64,000 bases of DNA from Callorhinchus milii (lineage: Eukaryota), in assembly GCF_018977255.1 (NCBI RefSeq), contig NW_024704742.1, forward strand, positions 620,001 to 684,000. Direction: 5' to 3'. Both the position numbers and the translations under genes were made by a program. The notes under the pieces were generated by a model. That model did not search any database, was not told where the DNA came from, and saw only the letters and a list, made by a program, of their open reading frames with translations. Below, piece after piece: positions 40,741-52,743 of the stretch. Positions within the stretch are counted from its first letter, which is position 1, and every line of letters begins with the position of its first letter.

Positions 40741-41764
40741 CTTCCGAATTTACTTCGGTCGAGTTTTTATCGTGAAGAAAAAAAGGAATCTTTTCACCAG
40801 GATGCCGCTTCCTCTCCATCAGTGGTACTTTCACAAATCAAACAGCCAACAAATACCGTGAATTTCCTTTGGGTTTTCTTTTGTTCTGCCAATTTTTGGG
40901 GGAAAATAAATAGGACAGTAGCTTGGTTGAATTTGAGGGCAAGTGATATCAATAGAATACCTGACTTAGGGGTATAACTTCTCCTTCAGATGAGACTTTA
41001 AACAGTCCTGGTGGACCTTAACGATCCCATGGCACTATTCGAAAAGAGAAGAGAGTTTCTCCCAGGGTCCTGATCAATAATCTCCAGATAAATCAATCGC
41101 TGATTGTGGGACATTGCTATATGCAAATAGACTGCTGCTTTCACCCACAAATACATAGTTACTGTACTTTACAGTGAATCCCGTGAAGCTCTTTGACACC
41201 TACTCCCGATGTGAAAGGCACTAATATCTAATGCAAAGATTGTTTTTCACTTACAGTCCTGGGATAATCCCATCTCCTAACCGGATTCCTTTTGTCCCAA
41301 TCGCCAGCAAGAGAAGGGAAAGGTAACTGCATTGAATCTTAGCGCTGGTAAATCGTGCATCTGGAGCATCGGAGACCCTGGGGCAGATCTGCTGAGGCCG
41401 AGAGGTGGGGGGGGGGGGGGGAGTGCCCTCAGGTTCCTTACCATGAGCTCCCTGGTCTAAAAAGAACTTGTGTGTAGTAAGGGAAGCTTCTGATAACTAG
41501 ACATAAATTTTAGTTTTCCATTTTATGTTTCTCGGTTAACGAAAGAGCTTAAAAAGCCTGTATCGGAACAATTCGTGTCCATTGCTGACCAACAATGAAC
41601 CGGTCGCCATGATTTATTTTAGGAGACCTTAAAAACCATTGTGAATCAGGTTAACTATGAAACTAACTTAAACACATTTGATAGAATCCACGCATCAGAC
41701 TGTGCACAGTCTTCAAACCAGATAATAATTATAACCATAATAAGAACTTGTGTGTGTTCATTTT

Positions 41765-42125
41765 TTTATATTTTAAATTTGATAAAGCCCTTATTACGTT
41801 GGTGAGACGTCTCAAAGCACTTTCCAGAATATACTCTAAAGTCAATCGACTGTATATTTTGTGGGCGAAACACAGCAGCCAATTGCGCACAGCAGTGTCC
41901 CACAATCAGTCGTGGTTTGAGTGACCACATTTTTCTAAAGGGATTGTTACTCCTGGAAAGCAATCCTCCAATTGACTAACAACCGAGTTCCTGCGTACTG
42001 CTAGATAATAATAATATTAATAGTAAGAATAAGAATAAGGATAAGAATAAACAGATAAACAAAGTTGTGTGGATTAAGGAAACTTGCCTGAGGTTTCACC
42101 CTGCCCCGGAATCGAACCCGGATCC
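41765..42125 (-). mobile_element. SINE family A, interrupted by an (AATAAG)n run
   Basis: Reverse complement of the family A body with B box GGTTCGATTCC. Confidence 0.75.
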
Positions 42126-42355
42126 TCCAAATAATGACTTGTGTCATCCCTTTCTAGATAATAATAGAACAACAACAACAACTTGCACTTATATAGCGCC
42201 CTCCATGCGGGGTAGCGTCTCAGAGCGCTTAGAAAGGGATGAGACATGTAATTATTTAGATTTTCATTGCAAAGAAATGCGGGAAATAGATTTTTTTAAA
42301 AAAATGCTCACTTTGTGGGAACGAAATAATTGGAGGAGAAAAGGCTATTGCTCAC

Positions 42356-42559
42356 CCGCTACTCCGACTTGATGCGTGGCACGTGGAGGAAGCCTGCTCT
42401 GCCCCTGAGCCAGCCACAGGGCCAGGGTGGAACAGTCCTTTTCTGCACGGTGAAAGGTGAAGCCCTCAGCAGCTGCTGCAGCTATAAACCTGCTCTGGAG
42501 AATGGGCACACGCAGCCAGACGGCCACCCTCCCTTCTGCTCTCCAACGCTCCAGCGAAT
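42356..42559 (-). CDS. NUDT6: NUDT6 exon 2 (204 nt)
   Basis: ttgcag|AT TCG CTG...GTA GCG G|gtgagc = (D)[67 protein letters not shown](G), the pre-Nudix N-terminal domain of NUDT6. Confidence 0.95.
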
Positions 42560-43563
42560 CTGCAAACGGCACAAAACAGGTTACAATTCTGCTTCGCCCA
42601 CACAATACACAGTCAGGTCAACTTTACAGGACATTCTGCGAAGCGCTTTGAGACGTCTCGAAGGCGTGATGAACAGCAACGAACAACTTGCACTTACTTA
42701 TAAGATGCTACATCAAATGCAAGGATTATTATTATTATTATTATTATATTCTACCCGACTGTCAGCCTTGCAGATGTGATTTTCGTCCGCGTCTTTAGAC
42801 CGGCTCAGTTGGTAACCCTCTCGCCTTGGGATCAGAAGGTCGTGGGTTCAAGCCTCGCATCAGAAGTTTGAGCTCACAGACTCGGCTGCCACTCCAGTAC
42901 ATCACTGGGGGGGAGAAGCTGGTGCACGTTCAAAGGTGGTGCCCCTTAGATGAGACGTTGAACCGACGTATCGTTCAGAATTGGACGGATGTTAAAAATC
43001 CCATGTCACCACCAGAGAAGGGAATTTCTACCGGTGTTCCTGGCCAACAATCCTCCAGATAGAATTGGTCCATTCACTCCACGGCTGTTTGTCAGACTCA
43101 GCCACGTCTGAGCTATACGTGTCTTGGGAACGTTTGATTCGGACAGTGGGTTCCTGAACCGGAAATAAATTTCCATTCCCGACAGTTGACATCCCTCCCC
43201 TAGACAAGCACGAAATTCACCTCCCAAATCCGGAGAGACTTTAGAAATATCATCACAATGTGAAACCAGTGGGAAACAGGCAGATTCTTAAAATGGCAGC
43301 TGTGAAATCTTGTCCCCGGGAATTGATATGCAGGTTTCTTGCCTTTGTTTCTTTTTTTAAAAAAAAACAACCCATTTAATATTGAGCCAATTCGGCGACG
43401 GACCCACGGATCACAATGTCTGCATTTGTTACACAACGCCAACAACAAGTTCCTCGTCGGCAGGGCCTTTCGTGCAGAAAACCGTCTCGAAGCGTTTTAA
43501 CCCTGAGTGAGTGGGTGCGAGAGCAGGATGGGAGACTGGATGGGTAGAGAATTTTTGGGGCAG

Positions 43564-43641
43564 GCTGGGTGTCTGACGCACGCGGATACCCATCGCCGTG
43601 CTTAAGAGGCGATGGGTTTCCGCGTGCGTCCGACACCCAGC
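43564..43641. repeat. Near-perfect inverted repeat (34-bp arms, 2 mismatches, 10-nt loop)
   Basis: GCTGGGTGTCTGACGCACGCGGATACCCATCGCC gtgcttaaga GGCGATGGGTTTCCGCGTGCGTCCGACACCCAGC. Confidence 0.92.
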
Positions 43642-44045
43642 TGTCCAGAAAAAAAACGAAGCAAGAGGGTAAGAGAGGCAACAGGCGAGGGCTCGGGCAA
43701 AGGGGTTGTTTTTAAGTTGGAGTTTGAAAGCAGGGAGAGAGTGGGGGATACGGTGATGTGGAAGGGTTTCAGCGGAGAGTTCCAGAGAGTGGAGGCAAAG
43801 AGGCCGATGGTGGCGCAGAGAGGACAGAGATTGCCATTTGACCGAACACATTTATTTCACTGAGGGCCCCTTTCGGCTGCAGGAGAGCAAAGAGCTGTAT
43901 CCCAGCAGTCTGCTATCTGGATCCAATCCATGTCCCAGAGGTGGGAGGGCAGTGCGCTAACGTGCGCTGCCACACAGCTTCACAAAGTGAAAAACAAAAC
44001 CAGGAGTGGGTGAAACATACAGTATTCAGGCAGATCAATATTCAG

Positions 44046-45515
44046 CTCACACCTCACACACACTCACACTCACACACACACACCTCACACACACTCACAC
44101 ACTCACACACTCACACACACACTCACACACTCACACACANCGCTCACACACACACTCACACACACGCTCACACACACATACACACATACACACTCACACA
44201 CATACACACTCACACACACGCTCACACACACACTCACACACACACACACTCACACTCACTCACACACCTCACACACACTCACACTCACACACACACACCT
44301 CACACACACTCACACTCACACACTCACACACTCACACGCTCACACACACTCACACACACTCACACTCACACACTCACACACTCACACACACCTCACACAC
44401 ACTCACACACTCACACACACACGCTCACACACTCACACACACACACACTCACACACACGCTCACACTCACACACTCACACACACGCTCACACATACACAC
44501 ATACACACACACACACTCACTCACACACACACACACACACACTCACACACACACACACATACTCACACACACACACACACACATACATACACACACTCAC
44601 ACACGCTCACACACACACACACTCACACACACACACTCACACGCTCAAACACACACACACACGCTCAAACACACATACACACACACTCACTCACACACAC
44701 ACACGCACACACACACACACGCTCAAACACACACACACACACACACACACGCTCAAACACACACACACACGCTCAAACACACACACACACACACACATGC
44801 TCAAACACACACACACACTCAAACACACACACACACACGCTCAAACACACATACACACGCTCAAACACACACACACACTCACACACACACACACACACAC
44901 GCTCAAACACACACACACTCAAACACACACACACACGCTCAAACACACACACACTCAAACACACACACACACACGCACACACACACACACGCACACACAA
45001 ACACACACACACTCAAACACACACACACGCTCAAACACACACACACACACGCTCAAACACACACACACACACTCAAACACACACACACACGCTCAAACAC
45101 ACACACACACGCTCAAACACACACGTGCTCAAACACACACACACTCAAACACACATACACACGCTCAAACACACACACACACTCACACACACACACACAC
45201 GCTCAAACACACACACGCTCAAACACACACACACACGCTCAAACACACACACACACGCTCAAACACACACGTGCTCAAACACACACACACTCAAACACAC
45301 ACACACACGCACACACACACACACGCACACCCATGCTCAAACACACACACACTCAAACACACACACACGCTCAAACACACACACACACGCTCAAACACAC
45401 ACACACACACTCAAACACACACACACACGCTCAAACACACACTCAAACACACACACGCTCAAACACACACACTCAAACACACACTCAAAAACACACACAC
45501 TCAAACACACACGCA
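44046..45515. repeat. Compound (CA)n-based array with CT / GCTCAAA interruptions; contains an N at 44140
   Basis: Read directly; produces the spurious His/Thr ORFs. Confidence 0.97.
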
Positions 45516-46973
45516 CTCGGACAGCCACGCACTCGGACAACAGCCACGCGCACACACTCCAGCACACGTCACTCAGTGTGTTCCCCCTCTCAATCAACTT
45601 TCATCCCAACTGCGTTGACATAAGCGTTTCAGGAAGAGACTGAAGAATTCTATCAAAGCTGCTAACTCCAGGTCAGTAAACAAGTAAATCATAAGCTGGG
45701 GGTTAGCAGGCGGTCTGACAAAGTGCTTGGCTCACAAACCAAACTGGTGACCCGAGGAGTGATAAATGAGTGGAATCTTTGCACCTTAGTGCTGTATTGA
45801 GGTTGTAGTTTTCAAATGCTGATCACGAAAATACAGTCCTTGGTTTGGAAGAAAACTGTCGATTAAAAACCGAACTGTTATTTGTGCTTAAGTTGCTTCT
45901 GTGTGTAATCCTCATGCTGTGAATTAACATTAACCCAGTGTTCAACTGAGGCGAGACCTGAGTTAATATTCAGCAGTTTAACTGTTTATCTTAAAGAGTT
46001 GATGCATTTATTAGTTGGGTTCATCAGGTGGATGGTAACGATTCCACGGCACTGTCGCAAAAGAGAAGGGAGTTTCTCCCGGTGTTAGTGCTGTTTGTGG
46101 GATGTTGCTATGTGTAAATTGGTGCCATGAACACCTACAAACCATTACAGCCACTACACTCCACAAAAAAACCGTGAAGCACTTTGATGCATCTTCCCAC
46201 CATGGAGGACGCAATGAAAATGATTCACACTATTGACGACACAACGTGCATCGCCAACGGACTTCCGATTAAAAATCGCCCATTTCACGGAGGTAAGATT
46301 AATAAATCTAAAATGAATGTTATAGCCTTTATTCTAATGAACGTTGCACTTAAATAAAAACAATTTGCCTTTTCACTAGTGTGAATATTATGACCCATAC
46401 CTTCTGCCGCAAGAAATAAGAAGTATCATATATTCATGATACAAACTGAAATCTATGCTCATGCGCTATACATTTGGGGGAAATTGTGGTAATCCATATT
46501 ACCAGAGATCGGCTCCAGGGGTCACACATGAAAAGCAACTTGACAGATAGAAGATTAACAACAACTTTTATTCGTATGGACTGTTTGTGGGACAATGCTG
46601 TGCCCGATTGGCACAAAATATACAGTCAATTCACTTCACAGTGTACTCTGTGCAGCGTTTTGAGACGTCTCGAAGACGTGACAACAAGGACGATTATGGA
46701 AGTATATCTGTGCGCTTGTTTTAAAACAAAAGTATTTGCAGGCAAATGTCCCACAAAAGGCGTGAGGTGAATTAATAATTCTCCGATTAATCTGGAGAAT
46801 TATCGCCTGGGACACTGGTAAACTCCTTTCTCTTTCCGATGAGCGCCCTGGGATCTTTGACATCCACCCGAAACAGGCGCACGGGACTGTGGTTGAGAAT
46901 AATGACGATTAATGTCCTGGTGTGAGGGGAAGACAGCGGGTAGATCGGCGGGTAATTCACCGCCATTACTTGC

Positions 46974-47208
46974 CATGCAGGAGTTTCTGGAAGGAGCGTA
47001 GGTCGAGTTGCCGTGGGAGGTCTTGGTGGTCGAGATGCACAGTGATGGCCCCAAAGCGGTCCGTCCTGGCTGTGCTGAAGATGCTGCCGGATCCTTGAAG
47101 GCAGCCACGGCGTCTCCAGGTCCCGCCAGCCCGGGCTGGAGTTCCACAGGCCCTAACACCCCCCCCGCTCCACAGTGCCAGCCTCGCGCGCAGCATGGCC
47201 ACAGGCAT
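46974..47208 (-). CDS. NUDT6: NUDT6 coding exon 1 (ATG at 47208, alternative in-frame ATG at 47196), GC donor
   Basis: MPVAMLRARLALWSGGGVRACGTPARAGGTWRRRGCL...TDRFGAITVHL...LDLRSFQKLLH, similar to human DRFGGISVRL...AAAFQKGLQ. The Arg-rich, acid-free N-terminus resembles a mitochondrial presequence. Ends CAT G|gcaagt. Total CDS 235+204+56+55+404=954 nt. Confidence 0.85.
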
Positions 47209-47280
47209 CCCCCCCCCACTCCACGGAACAGCCGAGCGGCACAAGCAGCAACGCAAAGGGGGCACAGCGACAAGGAGCGC

Positions 47281-47331
47281 GGCCAAGCTGGCAGATCCGG
47301 CCAAGCTGGCAGATCCGGCCAAGCTGGCAGA
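47281..47331. repeat. 18-bp tandem repeat GGCCAAGCTGGCAGATCC x about 2.8
   Basis: Read directly; lies just upstream of the NUDT6 ATG. Confidence 0.9.
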
Positions 47332-48494
47332 AGCCTGATCCGGATATCTCGTAGGATCGCCGCCCGGCCGTCACGCGTCTGCCCACGTTCCGTTCGGGAG
47401 TTTATCTTCCGACGCGAGTTTGACGTGACTCGCGCTCTGCAGAAGTCGCTGCGACACCTCCGGTCCCAACCGATGCGACTTAAGGCGAGGCTCACAGTGC
47501 AGTGCAGGTCGGCAAACTCGCACAGCAGGAACCCGCCTCGAAACGGCAACAGCACCGGAGGAGGACGGGGAAACACGAGCGCAGACTCTCGCGTGCGCAC
47601 GCGCGCACACGCACACACACACACGCGTGCGCGCGCGCACACACAGCAGGAACAGCAACAACACCCAGAGCGAAACAGAGAGAGCCGCTCCACACAGACA
47701 CCCAGACCGCAAACAGCAACGCAAAGAGCACAGACAACAGCAACACAAAGAGCGCAGACAACCGCTCCGCGGCCACAGCAGAGGGAGCAGCAGGGCAATA
47801 GCACAGTACCGGGAGCAGCAGCAGGCAGGCCTGAGCCTCAGCGCAGAGCCGCCCCCACCCCCCCCCTCCCTCGGGCTGTTGTAACCCGAGGCTGTGGGTA
47901 GGTCTGCGAGCAGAAGCTTCACCACTCCACACCGCACCGGGGAGGCTGGGGCTGGGGCTGGGGGGTGGTGGCCCAGCACAGCACAGCACAGCACAGAGAC
48001 TGGTGGCAAACGAGGGATAATAACCGTGAGGCAGGAGAAGCGGCCTCTAAAGTGATTTGGTGTTTCACAATAGGAGTCAGCAAATGGTTAACGCTAACCT
48101 TGTCTGCCTGTCGCTCCCGATGATTGACACTTGCTCCGAGCCTCTCACACACTCCCGGCCACGGACACTGTTTTGAGAACCCATGTAGCCCTCAAAGGGG
48201 GAAAAAAAACACTGATAAATGGGTAACTTCAATCCACGGCTGTTTGTGTGTGTGTGTGGGGGTGTGTGCGGGGGGGGTGGGGTGGGGGGGGACACCGCTG
48301 TGCGCAATCGGCTGCTGCATTTCGCCGACAAAATATACAGTCCATTCACTTTACAGTCTATCCTGTGGAGCGCTTTGAGACGTCTCGACGACGTGATAAG
48401 GCGCTGCATCAAATGCGAGGATTTATTATCATTCAAATCTATATGCTGCAGCGACATATACGCGTGTGCACTGCATATAACATATAATAAGAGC

Positions 48495-48810
48495 AATAAT
48501 AATCCTGGCATTGGATACAGCGCCTGATCACGTTCTTCGAGACGTCTCAAAGCGCTTCATGGAACAGACTGTACAGTGTCGCGGACTGGAGATTTTGTGG
48601 GCGAAAGGCGGCAGCCGATGGCGCACAGCGGCCTCCGATATACGGCCGTGGGTTGAAGTGGCCGATTTATTATGGTTTTTTTTTGGGGGGGGGGGTTCTT
48701 GAGATGTTATTACGGGAGTGAGGACACTTGCCCGAGGTTTCACCGTGACCTGCGCCACTCCAACCCCAGGTCTCCCGCTCGGGGGGCGAGTGCTCTAACC
48801 ACTGAGCGTA
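48495..48810 (-). mobile_element. SINE family A (diverged), tail-to-tail with a + strand partial copy at 48215-48430
   Basis: Reverse-complement tail, Deu part and tRNA head (ccactgagc). Confidence 0.75.
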
Positions 48811-49302
48811 TGTTACACATATATATTATAATATAATGTAATGTAATGTAGCCGTGTGTGGTACGGCACAGGCCGGTGTGCAGGCAGGAGGCCGGGCATG
48901 GCCCGGGGCTGCTGTTTGGTGGAGTTTGGGCTACAAAGTGGGTTTTTGGGGGGTCCGGAAATCGCAGTACCATTTTGTAGCCCAACACGAGCCCAAAAAG
49001 TAGCCCAACGTTCCGCCTGTGTCCTGCGGTGAGGGTCGCGGGGTGTGGTGTTGGGGGTGTAACACACTCACACACACACTCACACACTGCGGGGGCTTCC
49101 GCGGGTTCCTGTGGGGACACCAGAACATTTGCGGCCCCGAAGCAGTTTTTTTTTCCCGTTTTTTAAAAAAAAGTCATTATTTATAACCCAATAACCCGCC
49201 CCGACGGCAGAGAGAGAGCGCAGCGCAGCGCAGCGGAGCGGAGCGGAGCGGAGCGGAGCCGCCCATTCCCCTCTGACAGGGAAGGGCATCACAGCACATG
49301 TG

Positions 49303-50171
49303 GGGACACACACACACACACACACAGATAGGGACACACACACACACACACAGGGACACACACACACAGGGACACACACATAGATAGGGACACACACACA
49401 CACACACAGGGACACACACACACACACACAGGGACACACACACACACACACACAGGGACACACACACACACACACAGGGACACACACACACAGGGACACA
49501 CACACACACACACACACACAGACACACAGGGACACACACACACACACACACATAGATAGGGACACACACACACACATAGATAGGGACACACACACACACA
49601 CAGGGACACACACACACACATAATAGGGACACACATAGAGACACACACACACACAGGGACACACACACACACACACAGGGACACACACACACACAGGGAC
49701 ACACACACACACACACAGGGACACACACACACACAGGGACACACACACACACACAGGGACACACACACACACACAGGGACACACACACACACACACAGGG
49801 ACACACACACACACACACACAGGGACACACACACACACACACAGGGACACACACACACATAGATAGGGACACACACACACAGGGACACACACACACAGGG
49901 ACACACACACACAGGGACACACAGGGACACACACACACACACACACAGGGACACACACACACACACATAGATAGGGACACACACACACACACACAGGGAC
50001 ACACACACACACACACACAGATAGGGACACACACACACACAGGGACACACACACACACACACAGGGACACACAGGGACACACACACACACACAGGGACAC
50101 ACACACACACAGGACACACACACACACACAGGGACACACACACACACACAGGGACACACACACACACACAC

Positions 50172-50217
<46 letters not shown>

Positions 50218-50331
50218 GGACACACACACACAGGGACACACACAGAGGGACACACACACACATAGATAGGGACACACACACACAGGGACACACACACACA
50301 CACAGGGACACACACACACACACACATAGAT

Positions 50332-50362
<31 letters not shown>

Positions 50363-50433
50363 GGGACACACACACACACACACAGGGACACACACACACA
50401 CAGGAACACACACACACAGGGACACACACACAC

Positions 50434-50464
<31 letters not shown>

Positions 50465-51463
50465 GGGACACACACACACACAGGGACACACACACACACA
50501 CACAGGGACACACACACACACACACAGGACACACACACACACAGGACACACACACACACACAGGGACACACACACACACACACACACAGGGACACACACA
50601 CAGGACACACACACACACACACAGGGACACACACACACAACACAGGGACACACACACACAGGGACACACACACACACAGGGACACACACACACATAGGGA
50701 CACACAGGTTCACACACACACACACATAGGGACACACGGACACACACACACAGGGACACACACACACATAGGGACACACACACACATAGGGGCACACAGG
50801 GACACACACACACAGGGACACACACACACACAGGGACACACACACACACATAGGGACACACAGGTTCACACACACACAGGGACACACACACACAGGGACA
50901 CACACACACAGGGACACACACAGACACACACACACACAGGCACACACACACATACACACATAGAGAAACACACACAGCACAGACAGGCACACACACACAC
51001 ACACACAAATAGACACAGACACACACACATAGACAGACACACACAGACATAGTCACATAGACACACACACACATAGACACAGGCACACACACATAGACAG
51101 ACACAAATACAGGCACACCCACCCACACAGACACAGACACACAGACAGATACCCAGACAGACACACACACGCACAGACACCCAGGCACATACACACACAC
51201 AGACACACAACGACACAGACACACATAGACACACACACAGACAGATACACAGACACACACACGCAGACAGACAGGCACAAACACACACAGAACACACATT
51301 GACACACACACAGATACCCACACACAGACACACACACAGGAGGACATACATAGATAGACACGCACAGACACACACACACACACACAGACAGATACAGACG
51401 CACAGACAGACACACAGACAGACACACAGATACAGACACACACACACACACACAGACGCACAC
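49303..51463. repeat. Compound (CA)n-based array with AGGG / ATAGATAGGG / AGAC interruptions
   Basis: Read directly; produces the spurious Cys/Val ORFs. Ends about 25 nt before the SPATA5 ATG. Confidence 0.97.
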
Positions 51464-51489
51464 GGGCGAGGCTGGGCTTTAATTAAACC

Positions 51490-51670
51490 ATGTCCTCCAA
51501 AAAGAAGAGCAAGTGCAAAGCTGGCAGGAGCCAGGAGGAGAGCAGCCAGAGCCAACGCTCCCCGCTCAGGGCGGGGGGTGCAGGAGGAGGGGAGGGTGGG
51601 GAGGGGGCAGCTAACAGCCCCCAGCCACCCTCCTGCCTCTCGCTCACCGTGGCTGACATCCTGCTCCAGG
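51490..51670 (+). CDS. SPATA5: SPATA5/AFG2A AAA-ATPase coding exon 1
   Basis: accATG with an in-frame TAA just upstream. MSSKKKSKCK...LSLTVADILLQ G|gtaagt; human starts MSSKKNRKR...TLTVTNLLEK. Confidence 0.88.
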
Positions 51671-51711
51671 GTAAGTCAAGTAACTCGGCTCCTGTTCACC
51701 CCTTCGAGCCG

Positions 51712-52110
51712 TAAGCCCTATAAGGGTCGAGTTGGTCCTGGCTGGACGAGCTCGCAGCCGGAGACCTTGCCAGACCAGACGGCGATCTCGGTAGCTGGTG
51801 TAGACCCCAGCAGTTAGCCCGACGCACACTCTGGGCTCCCCCCCCCCAAAAGCCTCGGCTCTCGCCACCCTGCGCCTAATATTTTCCGGAATTAGGTAAA
51901 CGGGATGTGTCCCTCCAGGGAGAGAGAGCGGAGAGAGAGAGAGAGAGAGCGCCATTGCATTCTTAAGCAACAAAGGTGATGGGTTTCCGTGCGTATCGCC
52001 CCCCCCCCCCCCCCCCCCCCCCCGGCTAACCCCCCAAAAAACTCTCAGGCCAACCTCACACTGGGGATTTTTTTTAGTGTGGGTGACGTTTTACCCACTC
52101 CCCCCTCCCC
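51712..52110 (-). repeat. Unclassified interspersed repeat (family C)
   Basis: Its reverse complement aligns by eye with 55548-55800. Overlapping pieces at 35075-35250, 43510-43641 and 63700-63760. Confidence 0.65.
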
Positions 52111-52618
52111 CCGCCACATGCCCTCCTCAGGCAATGTGTATCCGCAGCCATATAACCGTGTTATAATAATAATAATAATACTATAATAATTCTCGCATTT
52201 GATGCAGCGCCTTATCACGTCACGGAAACGTCTCAAAGCGCTTTTCACGGAATATACCGTAAAGCGAAATAATCGAGTTGTGTATTTTGGGCTTCACGGT
52301 ATTTGCTGTCGTCTGATTTGTAGCGTCTGGTTTATTATTGGCAAAACCAACAGTCATTTACGCACAGCTAGGTCTTAATGCGAGGTATGAAGCAAAAATG
52401 ACCAGTTAATTCGAGTAGGGAGTTTTCCTCGAGGGAGCTTGAACATCCACCTGAGCAGGGAGACGGAGACCCAGCTTAGCATTGCCTCGCGGAGATGAAT
52501 CGAAGGGGAGTTGGGAGCCAAGGCAGCTCACTGGAGGGAGGGAAGGAGGGAGTTTGCGTTCCCTCTCTAGCGCCTGGGAGACGAACGACTTTCAGTGTTT
52601 CACGTTTGTGGTTTTCAG

Positions 52619-52743
52619 GTGACGAGAATGTCCCGAAGGCGTACCAGAAACATCTTGTGCAGTTAGGTCTGAATAGCATGAAACTGGTAGCTCTCTGCAT
52701 CGGACGGCCTGCCCTGCTTACCAGCAGTGCGGGCAGGCAAGAG
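52619..52743 (+). CDS. SPATA5: SPATA5 exon 2 (125 nt)
   Basis: tttcag|GT GAC GAG...CAA GAG|gtaagt = [41 protein letters not shown]. Confidence 0.93.

Larger units (their letters stand above)
46900..48000. promoter_or_regulatory. CpG island / probable bidirectional promoter of NUDT6 and SPATA5
   Basis: Very CpG- and GC-dense stretch over NUDT6 exon 1 and upstream, with head-to-head gene orientation. CRE-like TGACGTGA at 47421-47428 and NRF1-like GCGCACGCGC at about 47595-47605. The TSS itself is not visible. Confidence 0.7.

Noticed and set aside
43941..45643. 545-560 aa His/Thr-rich ORFs
   Set aside because: Translations of the (CA)n array; open in several frames and contain no domain.
46800..48009. 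297-334 aa ORFs over the CpG island
   Set aside because: Stop-poor GC-rich sequence; only the frame with DRFGAITVHL matches a known protein (NUDT6).
49303..50900. CRISPR-like repeat-spacer periodicity
   Set aside because: Spacers are just variable (CA)n; eukaryotic context with no cas genes.
49080..51555. 508-793 aa Cys/Val-rich ORFs (metallothionein- or keratin-associated-like appearance)
   Set aside because: Translations of the (TG)n strand of the satellite in all three frames.
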